Shown piece by piece: positions 61,634-64,000 of a stretch of 64,000 bases of DNA. The position numbers were made by a program, and so were the translations under genes. The stretch covers positions 1 through 64,000 of the forward strand of contig CAVZMI010000018.1 of the NCBI GenBank assembly GCA_963776275.1, read 5' to 3'. The notes beneath the pieces were generated by a model that was not told where the DNA came from, ran no database searches, and worked only from the letters and a program-made list of their open reading frames with translations. Every line of letters begins with the position of its first letter. Positions within the stretch are counted from its first letter, which is position 1. The DNA is from Ignavibacteriota bacterium (GTDB lineage: Bacteria; Bacteroidota; Ignavibacteria; UBA10030; CAVZMI01).

Positions 61634-63802
61634 CTATCTGATATCGAGCTCCCTCAGGATATTCGTCGCGCCTGAAAATTTATCGAGGATGAATAAGATA
61701 TATCGCGCATCGACCGAAATTGTCCGGTTGAGTTTAGGATCGAATTCGAAGTCGCCTGTTAAAGCTTCATAATTCCCGTCAAAGGCAGCTCCGATAAATT
61801 CTCCGTTGCCATTGATAACCGGACTCCCGGAATTCCCGCCAGTGACATCGAGATTCGATAGGAAACATGTAACAACATCCTCCGATTTTTTGTCTACATA
61901 CGGACCAAAATCCTTCTGTTTCTCCAACTCTATAAGCTTTTTCGGAAGGTCGAAGGGCTCGCTGTCAGTCGCTTTTTCCACAGCTCCGGTAAGATGCGTC
62001 GTCGACTTGTATGATACCCCATCTCGCGGGTCATAACCGATGACCGTTCCATAGGTCAGACGCATCGTGCGGTTTGCGTCGGGATAAATATTACCGCCTT
62101 TCCAAAAAATCCACCCTTCGGTAAGTTTAGTACGAAGTGTGGAAAGAACCGCATTCAGCGGAACGTTGAATCTCCTCAGCTGTGCATTTTCCACATTGAA
62201 TTCTGATGCAAGTCGAACCAAAGGATCGGCTGCAATTGTGGTAGAGTCTTTCTCGAGAAAATCCTCTGCCGATTGAAGCGTTGCCAACATTGTGTGTGAA
62301 TACAGACTATCGATATACCGTCCGAGTGCGGCGTTATCACTTATACCGTTGGTCTGTTTGAGGATATTTTCGGTAACGGAAATCCTCTGTTCAGCTGGGA
62401 GATCATGACTCTTAATAAACAGATCTGTGAGAATTTCCTTATCTGCATTTGCATCGTAATCTTTGAAAGTCTGCCGGATGAACGGTAAAAGTTGTCTGAG
62501 TCTGTCATTAATAGAAAGCGATATAGAGCCGGATTGGCCGAATTGTGTCCGTCCTGTCAGCACCGTATCAATCCGGATTGCGATCTGAAGGAGATCGACG
62601 CCCGCCGAAATATTGTTGAGATAGATCTGCTTTTTATTAAAAGCACGAAGTTGGGCGGAGGCTGTCGAGAGTTGTTGCAGGACCGTCCCATATCTCTCGT
62701 TGAGTTCAGGATTTTTTGAGAGCCACTTCTGAAATTCCGCCTCTTCGTTTTGCTTTCGCTGGATCAGGTCGTATTTCGAAAAACCTTCGATCGCGCCCAG
62801 ACGATTTTTATACGTATTGGCAAGATCTTTGATTTTGTTTGCAAGTTTCAACGCTGTCCGGCGATCACGATCGGACCATTTTTGAAGAATATCCATCCGT
62901 ATTTTGTAGAGATCGACCGTAAGGGGGAACGTCTCTTCTTTCAGGAGAGCCACTGCAAATGAATCGTTGTATCGGTATGTCTTTCCGGGATATCCCATGA
63001 TCATGACAAATGAACCGTCATGGTATCCTTTTGTCGAGATGGGTAGATACCGGGCTGGTTTGTACGGAACATTATTCCTTGAATACCGCGCCGGTCTTCC
63101 ATCCCGGTCTGCGTATACGCGGAAAATCGAAAAATCACCGGTATGGCGGGGCCATATCCAGTTATCAATTTCACCGCCAAAATTTCCAATCGAACTTGGA
63201 GGAGCATAGACGAGCCGAACGTCTGTGTATCTCTCGGAGATAAAGAGATAATATTTCACTCCGCTATATGTTTCGACAACCTGGCACACATCGTTCGATA
63301 TTCCTTTTGCCTGACGTTCAATCTCGCGTGATTTCTCTTCGATTGCCTGTGTGCGTTCGATCTCGGACATCGTTGGTGTAACAACGCCAAGAACTTCAAT
63401 AGTGACATCCTGCATTGATTTCAGCAGCGTAGCAGTAGATGTCGGAGCAGGAAGTTCCTCTTCTCGAGTTTTTGCCCAGAAGCCATCACGGATATAATCG
63501 TGTTCCGGAGTGCTCAGGTATTGAATTGCCCGGAACGCCACATGGTGATTTGTCATGACGAGTCCTTCGGACGAGACGAACGATCCCGTTCCCCCTCCTA
63601 TAAGAACGATGGCATCTTTCAAACTCGGTTTTGTAGCGCTGTAGATTTTATCAGGCGTAAGTACCAGGCCGTCCGATTTTAATTCTTTGAGAGGGAGCTT
63701 TCCAACTCCGTCAAGGAGCCACATTCCTTCATCAGAGGAGGACCTTGTAATGGTAAGAAACACACCTATGGAGATGATAAGGAAGCACCGTAATGGTTTC
63801 AT
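61634..63802 (-). CDS. S46-family dipeptidyl peptidase (DPP7-like)
   Basis: DEGMW N-terminus, TNHH, NWIWPRHTGDF and DVTGGNSGSP; AFDGN (Gly at the S1 position as in DPP7, where DPP11 has Arg). Confidence 0.93.
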   Translation of the reverse strand: MKPLRCFLIISIGVFLTITRSSSDEGMWLLDGVGKLPLKELKSDGLVLTPDKIYSATKPSLKDAIVLIGGGTGSFVSSEGLVMTNHHVAFRAIQYLSTPEHDYIRDGFWAKTREEELPAPTSTATLLKSMQDVTIEVLGVVTPTMSEIERTQAIEEKSREIERQAKGISNDVCQVVETYSGVKYYLFISERYTDVRLVYAPPSSIGNFGGEIDNWIWPRHTGDFSIFRVYADRDGRPARYSRNNVPYKPARYLPISTKGYHDGSFVMIMGYPGKTYRYNDSFAVALLKEETFPLTVDLYKIRMDILQKWSDRDRRTALKLANKIKDLANTYKNRLGAIEGFSKYDLIQRKQNEEAEFQKWLSKNPELNERYGTVLQQLSTASAQLRAFNKKQIYLNNISAGVDLLQIAIRIDTVLTGRTQFGQSGSISLSINDRLRQLLPFIRQTFKDYDANADKEILTDLFIKSHDLPAEQRISVTENILKQTNGISDNAALGRYIDSLYSHTMLATLQSAEDFLEKDSTTIAADPLVRLASEFNVENAQLRRFNVPLNAVLSTLRTKLTEGWIFWKGGNIYPDANRTMRLTYGTVIGYDPRDGVSYKSTTHLTGAVEKATDSEPFDLPKKLIELEKQKDFGPYVDKKSEDVVTCFLSNLDVTGGNSGSPVINGNGEFIGAAFDGNYEALTGDFEFDPKLNRTISVDARYILFILDKFSGATNILRELDIR

Positions 63803-64000
63803 TTTTATTCTCCCAAATCCAATGCAATATTTCTATATATCGTGATTAATTTAATAAATATTAAATGTATAAAAAAATGAAACGAACAATATGTCCATAC
63901 AAAAGTGGGGGCGGCATTATATATCATTCCCCTCGTACGATTCGGGGGAATGAAGAGGTCAAGACTGAATGGAATTCTTTTTTTTCGCGGCGTGTTCGTG

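Noticed and set aside
63925-63952. Hairpin CATTCCCCTCG..CGGGGGAATG near the window end
   Set aside because: Possibly a terminator of a gene outside the window; context is insufficient to call it

Overview
Chromosomal window from an Ignavibacteriota/Chlorobi-related (FCB) bacterium. This placement is inferred from a type-IX-secretion C-terminal domain of the 'QNYPNPFNP' type, a PGNWR-loop EF-P, canonical TTGACA/TATAAT promoters and strong Shine-Dalgarno sites. Most of the window is housekeeping: queG, trxB, two Hsp20s, lon, sppA, HU, bS22, EF-G2, gmd-fcl-ugd-uxs, tsaD, trpA, mltG, valS, purM, efp-accB-accC-gcvH-gcvPA-guaA, radC and phoH. I found no rRNA, tRNA, CRISPR array or transposase. The standout accessory locus (14451-18894, minus strand) is a four-gene porin-multiheme cytochrome cluster. 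It encodes a tetraheme c554-like protein, a predicted outer-membrane beta-barrel, a 14-heme cytochrome and a 7-heme lipoprotein cytochrome with a CX4CH site, 25 heme motifs in total. It sits directly downstream of two tandem 2-oxoacid:ferredoxin oxidoreductase sets and is a candidate extracellular electron-transfer conduit. Three other signals stand out. (i) Almost all apparent frameshifts and missense lesions in conserved genes fall on GGWCC sites, which points to long-read miscalls at a methylated motif rather than real pseudogenes. (ii) Three genes appear to start at ACG. (iii) A Braun-like lipoprotein is paired with a coiled-coil LysM protein under a perfect consensus promoter. There is also a lipoprotein serpin and an AT-rich secreted protein gene split by one in-frame TAG. 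All product calls come from motif recognition; no database searches were run.
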